Below, piece after piece: positions 9,806-17,495 of a stretch of 64,000 nucleotides of DNA (positions within the stretch are counted from its first letter, which is position 1; every line of letters starts with the position of its first letter). Below the pieces are notes generated by a model. The model made no database searches, was not told where the DNA came from, and saw only the letters and a program-made list of their open reading frames with translations. A program made the translations under genes and the position numbers. The DNA comes from an uncultured Acidobacteriota bacterium (lineage in GTDB: Bacteria > Acidobacteriota > Thermoanaerobaculia > Multivoradales > JAHEKO01), in assembly GCA_963713825.1 (NCBI GenBank), contig CAVQNG010000001.1:160001-224000 (forward strand), given 5' to 3'.

Positions 9806-10168
9806 ATGCCCTTCCAGTACGTTCTGGCGAATCTGCTGGCTGATAATCCCGATGCCGAGGCGGCCCTGTTTCTGGACGACGCCGGCGAGACCGTGGATTT
9901 TGCCTGCGCCGATCAAAGTCCTTTCGAGATGCGTCTTCTCGGGGCCTACCTGGGTATCTACCTCAGATTGATCGGCGAGATGATCTCCGGGGCCGAGCTA
10001 GGGGCCACCCGGCTCTTCCATATCGAGAGAGCGCGCCATCATCTACACCTCATCGCCCTGCCTGACGGTTACTACTTGGTCTTGGTGCAGAGTCGGCCTG
10101 CCATGGTGGGGAAGGCTCGCTGGAGCCTGCAGGCCGCCGCTGAGCAGCTGAAGTCAGAGATCTTCTGA
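9806..10168 (+). CDS. Roadblock/LC7 (MglB/MglC-like) domain protein
   Basis: 120 aa with the pattern MPFxxxLxxL..A..A.F.DxxGE.V and C-terminal YYLVLV..G.A...L..AAxxL typical of Roadblock folds. Confidence 0.7.
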   Translation: MPFQYVLANLLADNPDAEAALFLDDAGETVDFACADQSPFEMRLLGAYLGIYLRLIGEMISGAELGATRLFHIERARHHLHLIALPDGYYLVLVQSRPAMVGKARWSLQAAAEQLKSEIF

Positions 10169-10217
10169 GCTCTCCTTGCATCCCCCGTGAGGTCGGGATC
10201 GGATAGCATTCGTTCCC

Positions 10218-11186
10218 ATGAATGACGAGGACACTCTCGATCTAGCGCCCGAGACGGCTCCTGCCGAGACTGAGAAATCGGGCTTCTGGGGCAAGCTGAA
10301 GAAGGGTCTGTTCATGACCCACACAGAGTTTCTGGATCGGTTGGACGCGGCCGTGGAAGGCCGCGGAATCATGGATGAAGAGACCTTGGAGCATCTGGAG
10401 GAGACTCTCATCGGCACCGACTTGGGAGTCGAGACGGCCCTCGAGTTGATCGACTCGGTCAAGGATCGGGTCAAGGGCTTCGAATCAAAGGACGTTCTCA
10501 AGCTTCGGCAGATGCTCGTCGATGAGATGGCTATCCTCCTTCTGGATGCGCCCCAGCCGACCGCCAGAGACGATCGGCCGACGGTCACGCTCGTGGTCGG
10601 CGTCAATGGCGTTGGCAAGACGACATCGGTAGCCAAGTTGGCGCGGTGGTCGCAGGAGCGGGGTCAGCGAGTCGTGATGGCGGCAGCGGACACGTATCGC
10701 GCCGCGGCTGTCGAGCAGCTTTCTTTGTGGGGTGAGCGGCTCGGGGTGGACGTCATCAGACAGGCTGCTGGAGCCGACCCGGCAGCCGTGGTCTTCGACG
10801 CCTTGCAGGCAGCGAAGGCTCGTCAGGCCAATCATGTGATCGTCGACACGGCGGGCCGTCTGCACAACAAAGAGCATCTGATGGAGGAGCTCGCCAAGAT
10901 CAAGCGGGTCGTCGATCGCGAGGCGGCCGATTGGGACCGCCGGACGCTCCTCGTGCTCGATGCGACGACCGGACAGAACGCCATCAGCCAGGCTCGGGAG
11001 TTCACCCGCGTCGTGGATGTGGATGGGGTGCTGCTGGCCAAGATCGATGGCACGGCCAAGGGAGGCATGGCAGTGGCAGTGGCGCGTGATCTCCGCCTGC
11101 CGGTGGTCTATCTCGGAGTCGGCGAGACGGCCGACGACCTCATTGAATTCAGGCCTCGAGACTTCGCCAAGGCACTATTGGGCTGA
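10218..11186 (+). CDS. ftsY: signal recognition particle receptor FtsY
   Basis: GVNGVGKTT, DTYRAAA, DTAGRLH, DATTGQN, KIDGTAKGG, GVGE. Confidence 0.97.
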   Translation: MNDEDTLDLAPETAPAETEKSGFWGKLKKGLFMTHTEFLDRLDAAVEGRGIMDEETLEHLEETLIGTDLGVETALELIDSVKDRVKGFESKDVLKLRQMLVDEMAILLLDAPQPTARDDRPTVTLVVGVNGVGKTTSVAKLARWSQERGQRVVMAAADTYRAAAVEQLSLWGERLGVDVIRQAAGADPAAVVFDALQAAKARQANHVIVDTAGRLHNKEHLMEELAKIKRVVDREAADWDRRTLLVLDATTGQNAISQAREFTRVVDVDGVLLAKIDGTAKGGMAVAVARDLRLPVVYLGVGETADDLIEFRPRDFAKALLG

Positions 11187-11187
11187 A

Positions 11188-12123
11188 ATGCGGTGGACGT
11201 CGCAACCTCCCGATCCGTTGCATTGCTGGGTCGGTCTCACCCCCCGATCGTGGCCTGGAGATCCAGGTTTGTGGGTCGATCTGGCCCGTGGAGCGCTCGG
11301 GACTGCTTCTGGGACTCGCCGCGAAGTACCCGTGCAATGGGATGCCGAGTTTCCGGATGAAGTTGTGTATCTGCCACCTGTTTGCGAGGCGCAGGAGGGT
11401 CAGCGAACACGACTTGCCACCTCTCTAACGGAACATGGTGTTCCTGTTCTCCTGCAGCGACCCGTGGGTCCCGCCGCGGGAGGTGCCGCAGATTCGGTTG
11501 TCTTCGACCCTCTCGAGGTTCTCCTGGCTGGTAATTTGGACTTGCTGGGCGGACTTCCACCCGCCTCGAAGGTTGTATGGCCATTGATCTCTGGTCTAAC
11601 CGACGACCGAACCCGCTGGGTGGAAGGGCTCGCCGCACTCGAAGCGGCCGGGGTGGGGCACGTACAACCGTTAGCCTTGGACCTGCAACCGGCGGACAAG
11701 CGCCGGCTTGTCGAGAAAGCTGGTGAAAAGGTCTTCCACGCCCTGTTTCACAGCGAGCAGCCTTCGGAACGGGCGTTTTCGAGACTGGCTGCGGAGCGAG
11801 GCTTCGGGCCCTTTCTGCCGCGGTCATTGCCGGCAGCCGGTGCGAAGCGCCAGAATCAACGCCTCTCCGAACAGCTGGCCACGGCCGGAGAGCTCTGGCT
11901 GAGGGTCGGCCGCTCGGAATCGGGAGGACAGGATCTGTATCGATCGGCCCGGTTGATCGATCGCGAGGGACACGATCTCTCAACTCTCTGTCGAGAGGGC
12001 AACCTGGGAGTATTCCCTTGGCTCGACCCACTGAGCTCCCAGGTGATCACCGAGTTCGTGACCACGGGTACAGCAACTCTCGTTCGGGAGCTGGAAGCAG
12101 AGTACCTGGAGTATTCGACCTAG
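11188..12123 (+). CDS. hypothetical protein: degenerate SPL-like radical-SAM barrel remnant plus C-terminal PolX-like HhH domain
   Basis: ATG 1 nt after the ftsY stop; LTEHGVPVLL and WPLISGLTDD..LAALEAAGV resemble the SPL/PA0069 family; C-terminal NQRLSEQL..YRSAR..L..EGNL..ITEFVTTG..LVREL resembles the PolX 8-kDa domain; no CxxxCxxC. Confidence 0.6.
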   Translation: MRWTSQPPDPLHCWVGLTPRSWPGDPGLWVDLARGALGTASGTRREVPVQWDAEFPDEVVYLPPVCEAQEGQRTRLATSLTEHGVPVLLQRPVGPAAGGAADSVVFDPLEVLLAGNLDLLGGLPPASKVVWPLISGLTDDRTRWVEGLAALEAAGVGHVQPLALDLQPADKRRLVEKAGEKVFHALFHSEQPSERAFSRLAAERGFGPFLPRSLPAAGAKRQNQRLSEQLATAGELWLRVGRSESGGQDLYRSARLIDREGHDLSTLCREGNLGVFPWLDPLSSQVITEFVTTGTATLVRELEAEYLEYST

Positions 12124-12500
12124 CCCGGGATCCTCGCCACCAGATCGATCTCTACGAGCCCACCCATCGGCAGGGCCGCGACCTGCACCGTCGAGCGCGC
12201 CGGCCGGTGCTCGCCCAGTGTTTCGCCATAGAGGGCGTTGAGCGTCGGGAAGTCGCCCATGTCGACGATGTAGATGGTCGCCTTGAGAACATCGGAGAAA
12301 GTGCAGCCGGCACTCGAAAGAACCTCGGTCAAGTTGGCCAGAACCTGTTTGGCCTGGGCTTCGAAGCCTCCTTCGACGATCGTGCCGGTCGAGGGATCGA
12401 GGGCGATCTGTCCGGAGGTGAAAAGCCAATCGCCCTGGCTTACGGCCTGAGCGTAGGGTCCAATAGCAGCCGGCGCGTCATCGGTGTGGTGGAATTGCAT
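12120..12500 (-). CDS. ridA: RidA/YjgF family reactive intermediate deaminase
   Basis: APAAIGPYAQA, SGQI, RPARSTVQV (catalytic Arg), LP.G.LVEID. Confidence 0.93.
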   Translation of the reverse strand: MQFHHTDDAPAAIGPYAQAVSQGDWLFTSGQIALDPSTGTIVEGGFEAQAKQVLANLTEVLSSAGCTFSDVLKATIYIVDMGDFPTLNALYGETLGEHRPARSTVQVAALPMGGLVEIDLVARIPG

Positions 12501-12550
12501 GGGGTTGCCCTCCTGTCGAGTGGGTCGGATCGGCGCCGCAGATCAGGCGC

Positions 12551-13126
12551 TCATGATTGAGTGTCGCTGGGCTCGGGATCCTGGTTAGCGTCGTCGGCGA
12601 GAGCGCCGATAAAGGGCAGGTTCCGATAGCGCTCATCGAAGTCGAGACCATAGCCCACGACGAAGACGTTACCGATCTGGAAGCCCGAATAGTCGATGGG
12701 AACTTCGACTTCGCGGGCCTCGATCTTGTCCAAGAGAGCGCAGAGCTTGACGCTCTTGGCGCCACGAAACCGCAGCAGGTCCAGGATCGTCCGCAAGGTA
12801 TAGCCGGTGTCGACGATGTCTTCGATCAGAAGCACGTCACGGTCGCGAATGAATAGATCCAGATCCTTGCGGATTCTCACCTCACCCCTGGCGCTGGTGC
12901 CAACGTAGCTGGAGGTTTGGAAGAAGTCGACGGCGACAGGAACCTCGACCTGTTTCAGTAGATCGACCATGAAAAAGACGGAGCCCTTGAGCACGCCTAT
13001 GCAGACCAGAAGCTCGGTGTCGGCGTAGTCACGGTTGATCTCCTTGGCCAGTTCGGCGACCCGCGCTTCCAGGCTATCGCGGGAAATCAGGACTGTGGGA
13101 GACGTCGCAGTGTTTTGAATGCTCAT
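12551..13126 (-). CDS. hpt: hypoxanthine phosphoribosyltransferase
   Basis: VLKGSVFF, SSY, LLIEDIVDTGYTL, FVVGYGLD..ERYRNLP. Confidence 0.96.
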   Translation of the reverse strand: MSIQNTATSPTVLISRDSLEARVAELAKEINRDYADTELLVCIGVLKGSVFFMVDLLKQVEVPVAVDFFQTSSYVGTSARGEVRIRKDLDLFIRDRDVLLIEDIVDTGYTLRTILDLLRFRGAKSVKLCALLDKIEAREVEVPIDYSGFQIGNVFVVGYGLDFDERYRNLPFIGALADDANQDPEPSDTQS

Positions 13127-13158
13127 GACGTAGAATCAGCCGGAACCCGGAGGGTAAC

Positions 13159-14808
13159 ATGGTCGAGCGCGACGTCAATCCCCTCGCAGGCCGTCATAGG
13201 GCCTTGTCCGTGCGGTTCAAGGCCGCATGGGCGTTTCACCAGCTCCTGGTCGGAATGCACCGGACGCAGATTCTGGAGCAATTCGACGACAGGTCCGGGG
13301 CGTTCAAGAGTGCCTTCGAGACCTTGAAGAAGGCCTCGGAAGAGCTCGAAGGAGCGGCCACCTCGGACTCCTCGGTCGTGCCGGCCCTGCTGGACACCCT
13401 GGAAACGCAGGTGAGCGATCTGGAGGCGAGCCTGGCCCGGACCGAAGGGTCGATCTCGCCGTCTCATGTGCGCCAGTTCTTCCAGCAGGTGCGCTCGTTC
13501 GACGAGCGGATCCTGATCGACATCATTCGCTTCTATCAGTGCATCGAAGGACTTGGGGAGTGGGACAAGGACCGGTTGGACAAGGCCGATCTCGTAGTCA
13601 GTCGGCTCGCGGAGTCCATCGCCGGTACGGAGCTGCAAGGAGATCGGACCCGCCTGAGGAAGGTCCTACAGGCCCTGGCGGTGGCGGATGGTGATCCCGA
13701 CACCGAGGAAGTCGCCGAAATTACGAGCCTCAGTGCGACTTTGCAGGATCTCCGCTCGGAGGTGAGGTGGGTCAAGACCTTTGATGAGCTGCATGAGAGC
13801 AAGCTGGTGCAGCTGTATCGGGCCCTGAAGCACGACATGGGACACAAGCTCTTCCACCCCAATCTTCTGCCTCTGGTAGCGGATGTCAACAATGCCTTCA
13901 AGCACAAGGTCGACGAGCTACGCGAACTGGAAGAGGACAAGATCGTCAGCGGATACCGGACCTTCCTGCAGGGCCCCGAGAAGCCAGCCGCAGGTGGCCC
14001 CGAGTTGGACGTGGCCTTGGCTGGCTTGCAGCGCCAGCTCGATGATTTTGAAACCCGGGCGAGAACCGAGAATGTTCGATTGGACGAGCTCGCAACCCTG
14101 GGAAAGAGTCTCAAGGATGTGAGTCGGAGGTTTCAGGACCGCTTCACCTCAGCTGAGGTCGAGGTCGGTTCGAGCCCGGCAGTCAAGAGTGCAGCAAGCG
14201 CCCGTCCGCGTGCGGCAGCGGCCGAAGCGCTGATGCCAAATCTCGATGCGGTGCAGCCGTTCTGGGATGAGCTGATGGCGGCGTTTGCAGGCTTGGGTTC
14301 CGATCTCGACCCTAGGAGTGCGAGCACCCAGGGAGCCGTCTTGAAATATCGGCTGGAGCCTCGGGAGGTCGCTGCGTTTCAATCTCTCGGAGGGGAGGTG
14401 CGGACCGGGTCTGGTCTGGAGCAGTTCGTCTTGGCTGCCGTGGCCCTTCGGCGCTGTATCAGCAGTGTGGTGGATGACATTCAGGGTGCCTTGAGCGAGG
14501 CTCCTGGCACAACACCCGATACAGTGCTCGAAGAAGCGAAGCGCGTCTCCAAGGTGGGGGATGCCTATCTCAAGCACTTCTCCCATCTCGTGGATTCAGC
14601 GGTGTTCGACGGAGATTTGGAGGCCGCCAGGACATTCCAGGTACTCAAGATGCGCTTCATGCGTGAATACTCCGGCTTGTTGAACCTGATCCCGCGCCTC
14701 TCGACGCAGGCCTCCCTCGATGCGGCGGGCTTGCCGATCGAAACAGAGAATGTGGACGGTCTGTCTGCCGGCTCTTTTCAGAATCAGCCACCCAGCAAAG
14801 GCGACTAG
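13159..14808 (+). CDS. hypothetical protein, 549 aa, predicted all-alpha/coiled-coil, cytoplasmic
   Basis: Long ORF with genome-like codon usage, GGAGG SD and an upstream TAGAAT; no motif recognised. Confidence 0.8.
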   Translation: MVERDVNPLAGRHRALSVRFKAAWAFHQLLVGMHRTQILEQFDDRSGAFKSAFETLKKASEELEGAATSDSSVVPALLDTLETQVSDLEASLARTEGSISPSHVRQFFQQVRSFDERILIDIIRFYQCIEGLGEWDKDRLDKADLVVSRLAESIAGTELQGDRTRLRKVLQALAVADGDPDTEEVAEITSLSATLQDLRSEVRWVKTFDELHESKLVQLYRALKHDMGHKLFHPNLLPLVADVNNAFKHKVDELRELEEDKIVSGYRTFLQGPEKPAAGGPELDVALAGLQRQLDDFETRARTENVRLDELATLGKSLKDVSRRFQDRFTSAEVEVGSSPAVKSAASARPRAAAAEALMPNLDAVQPFWDELMAAFAGLGSDLDPRSASTQGAVLKYRLEPREVAAFQSLGGEVRTGSGLEQFVLAAVALRRCISSVVDDIQGALSEAPGTTPDTVLEEAKRVSKVGDAYLKHFSHLVDSAVFDGDLEAARTFQVLKMRFMREYSGLLNLIPRLSTQASLDAAGLPIETENVDGLSAGSFQNQPPSKGD

Positions 14809-14810
14809 GA

Positions 14811-15650
14811 TCAGGGCCGTCGATTCGTGGCGGCCAGGCGGGGGTTGGAAAGGAGGGCTGTCAGCAGGCTCCGAAGTCGACCGGAAGCCTCTTTTCCTTC
14901 CTGCAGAACCTCTTCATGAGAGACACCGCCGCTTCCCACTCCGGGAGCGAGATTGGTGATGACCGACAGGGCGAGACACTCGACACCCATGTGGCGTGCC
15001 GCGATGATCTCGAGCGCGGTGGACATTCCCACCATGTCGGCTCCACTGCGGCGCAGCATGGCTACCTCGGCCGGCGTCTCATAGCTCGGGCCCGCCACTG
15101 CGGCATAGGTTCCCTGCCCAAGAGTCAAGCCGAGATCCCTCGCCGATCCAAGGGCCAGAGCGCGGAGTCTCTCGCTGTAGGGCTCGGTCATGTCGGGGAA
15201 CCTCGGACCCCACTCACTCGGCAGCTCTCCACGCAGGGGATTGAGGCCGGTGAGATTGATCTGATCTCGAATCAGGACCAGGTCACCCGGACGTTGATCA
15301 CCACGCAGGCCGCCAGCGGCGTTGGTCATGATGAGCGTCCGGGCTCCCAAACTCGCTGCCAGGCGAATTGTGAAAACCGTTTGATGGGCGTCGTAACCCT
15401 GATACGAATGCAGTCGACCCTTCAGATAGAGAACCTGTCGGCTTGGGCCTGTCGCCAGGAGCTGCACCTTCAACGGGTGTCCCTCGATCTGGTGGGTCTC
15501 GAACGGCAGCCAGTCGGCCAGAGCATTCTCTCGGCCCTCTGGATCTCCAAGTTCGACGGCGAGGCCAGAACCCGAAACCAGCACGACATCGGGGCGAGGC
15601 CAGCCCAGACCGTCCCACCGCTCGACGGCTCGATTCAACTCTCGACGCAT
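14811..15650 (-). CDS. punA: purine-nucleoside phosphorylase (trimeric, inosine/guanosine type)
   Basis: GSGL, GRLH.Y.G, TNAAGG, GPRFPDM, GPSYETPAE, VGMST, ITN (6-oxopurine-specifying Asn); start ATG 15650 or in-frame GTG 15659. Confidence 0.93.
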   Translation of the reverse strand: MRRELNRAVERWDGLGWPRPDVVLVSGSGLAVELGDPEGRENALADWLPFETHQIEGHPLKVQLLATGPSRQVLYLKGRLHSYQGYDAHQTVFTIRLAASLGARTLIMTNAAGGLRGDQRPGDLVLIRDQINLTGLNPLRGELPSEWGPRFPDMTEPYSERLRALALGSARDLGLTLGQGTYAAVAGPSYETPAEVAMLRRSGADMVGMSTALEIIAARHMGVECLALSVITNLAPGVGSGGVSHEEVLQEGKEASGRLRSLLTALLSNPRLAATNRRP

Positions 15651-15666
15651 CGTATTCACAGAACAG

Positions 15667-15701
15667 ATGGTACCAGGGTGGTGTCGGATGTCCGATACCA
15701 T
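15667..15701. promoter_or_regulatory. back-to-back TACCAT -10 boxes (punA on minus, lysS on plus) around a 22-bp imperfect palindrome
   Basis: ATGGTA at 15667-72 (TACCAT on minus), TACCAT at 15696-701 on plus; TGGTGTCGGA-TG-TCCGATACCA at 15679-15700. Confidence 0.4.
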
Positions 15702-15861
15702 TCCCTTGGCGTGGGCTTTTCGCCAGAGACTGGATCGATGCCTCCGATCCATCAAGGGCAGGCAGAGCCCCTGGAAATCCGATATCGTTCCCCGCAGTCA
15801 TCGGTGGTGGCGTCGGCGTCCCGGAGGGAACTGCCGCCACGCAAAAGGGGGAGATGAGGAC

Positions 15862-17436
15862 ATGTCGGAGCTCGAAGCGCAGATTTCCAATCGACGCCAG
15901 AAGCTGCACGCCTTGGCCGAGGGAGGTATTGCTCCCTATCCCAGACGAGCCGAGTTGGACGCGGAACCTGCCGAGGTGCACGGTAGGTACGGCGAGCTCG
16001 ATACCGAATCTCTGGAGACCGAGGCCATTGCGTTGACGGTGGCAGGACGGGTCAGGGCGCTGCGCAAACACGGCAAGACAGCCTTCGTGGATCTGCATGA
16101 TGGTGCTGCGAAGCTGCAGCTGATGGTCCGCCGGACAGAGCTCGATGAAACGAGCGCCACGGTTCTCGAGAATCTCGATGTCGGCGACTATGCCGTAGCG
16201 ACAGGGACACTGATTCGGACTCGCACCGGTGAGCTGACCCTGGCGACCAAAGCTCTGACGATACTGGCCAAGGCGGTGCGGCCGCTGCCCGAGAAATGGC
16301 ACGGCCTGACGGACGTGGAAGCCCGCTATCGCCGCCGATATCTCGACCTGCTTTTCAACGAAGACTCTCGTCGGCGCTTCGAGATTCGGGCCGCCCTGGT
16401 TCATGGCCTCCGCACGTTCTTGAACGAGAGAGGCTTCCTCGAGGTCGAAACACCGATGATGCAAGCCATGGCGGGGGGGGCGGCTGCGCGTCCCTTTGTG
16501 ACCCATCACAACGCCCTGGATATCGACCTCTATCTTCGAATCGCTCCGGAGCTCTATTTGAAGCGGCTCCTCGTCGGCGGTTTTCACCGTGTCTACGAGA
16601 TCAACCGGAGCTTTCGCAATGAAGGCATCTCAACGCAGCACAATCCAGAGTTCACGATGCTGGAGTTCTACTGCGCCTACTCGGACTATGAGCAGTTGAT
16701 GTCTCTCACAGAGGAGATGGTGTCGACCCTCGCTACCGAAATCCTCGGTGAGCCGACCCTGGATTGGAACGAAACCCGGCTCGACTTCGGGTCACCCTGG
16801 CATCGATTCACGATGCGAGAGGCCATTACCAGGTTCGCAGATGTCTCCGGACAGAGATTGAACCACCTGGCGGATCTGCTGGCGATCTTCAGCGAAAAGG
16901 AGTTGCCCCTGCCAGCGGTGGTCAAGAGCTCCAAGCACCCGGTCCTGCAGTGCTCGTCCAGGCAGGACTTTGAGGACCGCTATCCGGATGTCGATCTGCC
17001 TGAAGGTTGGTACGGGCGCGCTCTGGTGGCCCTCTTCGAGGAAACTGTGGAGGATCAATTGATCCAACCCACTTTCATTACGGAGATTCCGGTGGAGGTC
17101 TCGCCGTTTGCGAAGGTCTGCCCAGATGACCCACGTTTTACAGAGCGGTTCGAGCTGTTCATCGGTGGCATGGAGATCGCGAATGCCTACTCGGAGCTCA
17201 ATGATCCGGAGCTGCAGGCGCAGCGATTCCAAGAGCAGGTCCAGGCCAGGCAAGAAGGCGACGACGAAGCGCATCGTTTCGACGAGGACTATATTCGGGC
17301 CCTCGAGCACGGCATGCCGCCAGCCGGGGGGGAAGGAATCGGTATCGACAGGCTGGCGATGCTGTTCACCAACGCTGCTTCGATACGGGATGTCATCCTG
17401 TTCCCTCTGCTGCGCCCAGAGACGATCGATGAGTAG
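15862..17436 (+). CDS. lysS: lysine--tRNA ligase (class II)
   Basis: RYRRRYLDL, GGAAARPFVTHHN, LRIAPELYLKRL, FRNEGISTQHNPEF, EIANAYSELND, GIGIDRL. Confidence 0.97.
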   Translation: MSELEAQISNRRQKLHALAEGGIAPYPRRAELDAEPAEVHGRYGELDTESLETEAIALTVAGRVRALRKHGKTAFVDLHDGAAKLQLMVRRTELDETSATVLENLDVGDYAVATGTLIRTRTGELTLATKALTILAKAVRPLPEKWHGLTDVEARYRRRYLDLLFNEDSRRRFEIRAALVHGLRTFLNERGFLEVETPMMQAMAGGAAARPFVTHHNALDIDLYLRIAPELYLKRLLVGGFHRVYEINRSFRNEGISTQHNPEFTMLEFYCAYSDYEQLMSLTEEMVSTLATEILGEPTLDWNETRLDFGSPWHRFTMREAITRFADVSGQRLNHLADLLAIFSEKELPLPAVVKSSKHPVLQCSSRQDFEDRYPDVDLPEGWYGRALVALFEETVEDQLIQPTFITEIPVEVSPFAKVCPDDPRFTERFELFIGGMEIANAYSELNDPELQAQRFQEQVQARQEGDDEAHRFDEDYIRALEHGMPPAGGEGIGIDRLAMLFTNAASIRDVILFPLLRPETIDE

Positions 17437-17495
17437 GTCGAGTCCAGCGTCGCGGACGGCTTTCAGTGCCCCGGGGAGTCGAATGGATGAGTAGG
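17428..17495 (+). repeat. 10-bp direct repeat GATGAGTAGG (17428-37 and 17486-95) flanking a 48-bp spacer
   Basis: Exact repeat read from the sequence; inner ends TCGAGTCC / GGAGTCGA form a 7/8 inverted repeat. Confidence 0.7.

Noticed and set aside
15807-15840. Resemblance of the lysS leader to SRP RNA helix 8, a cobalamin riboswitch or a T-box
   Set aside because: Lacks the CAGG/AGCA loop, the GCCACUG/GGGAAG B12 elements and the UGGNACC antiterminator bulge
15738-15857. 39-aa uORF ending 4 nt before lysS as a Lys attenuator peptide
   Set aside because: Only one Lys codon, no SD and no terminator
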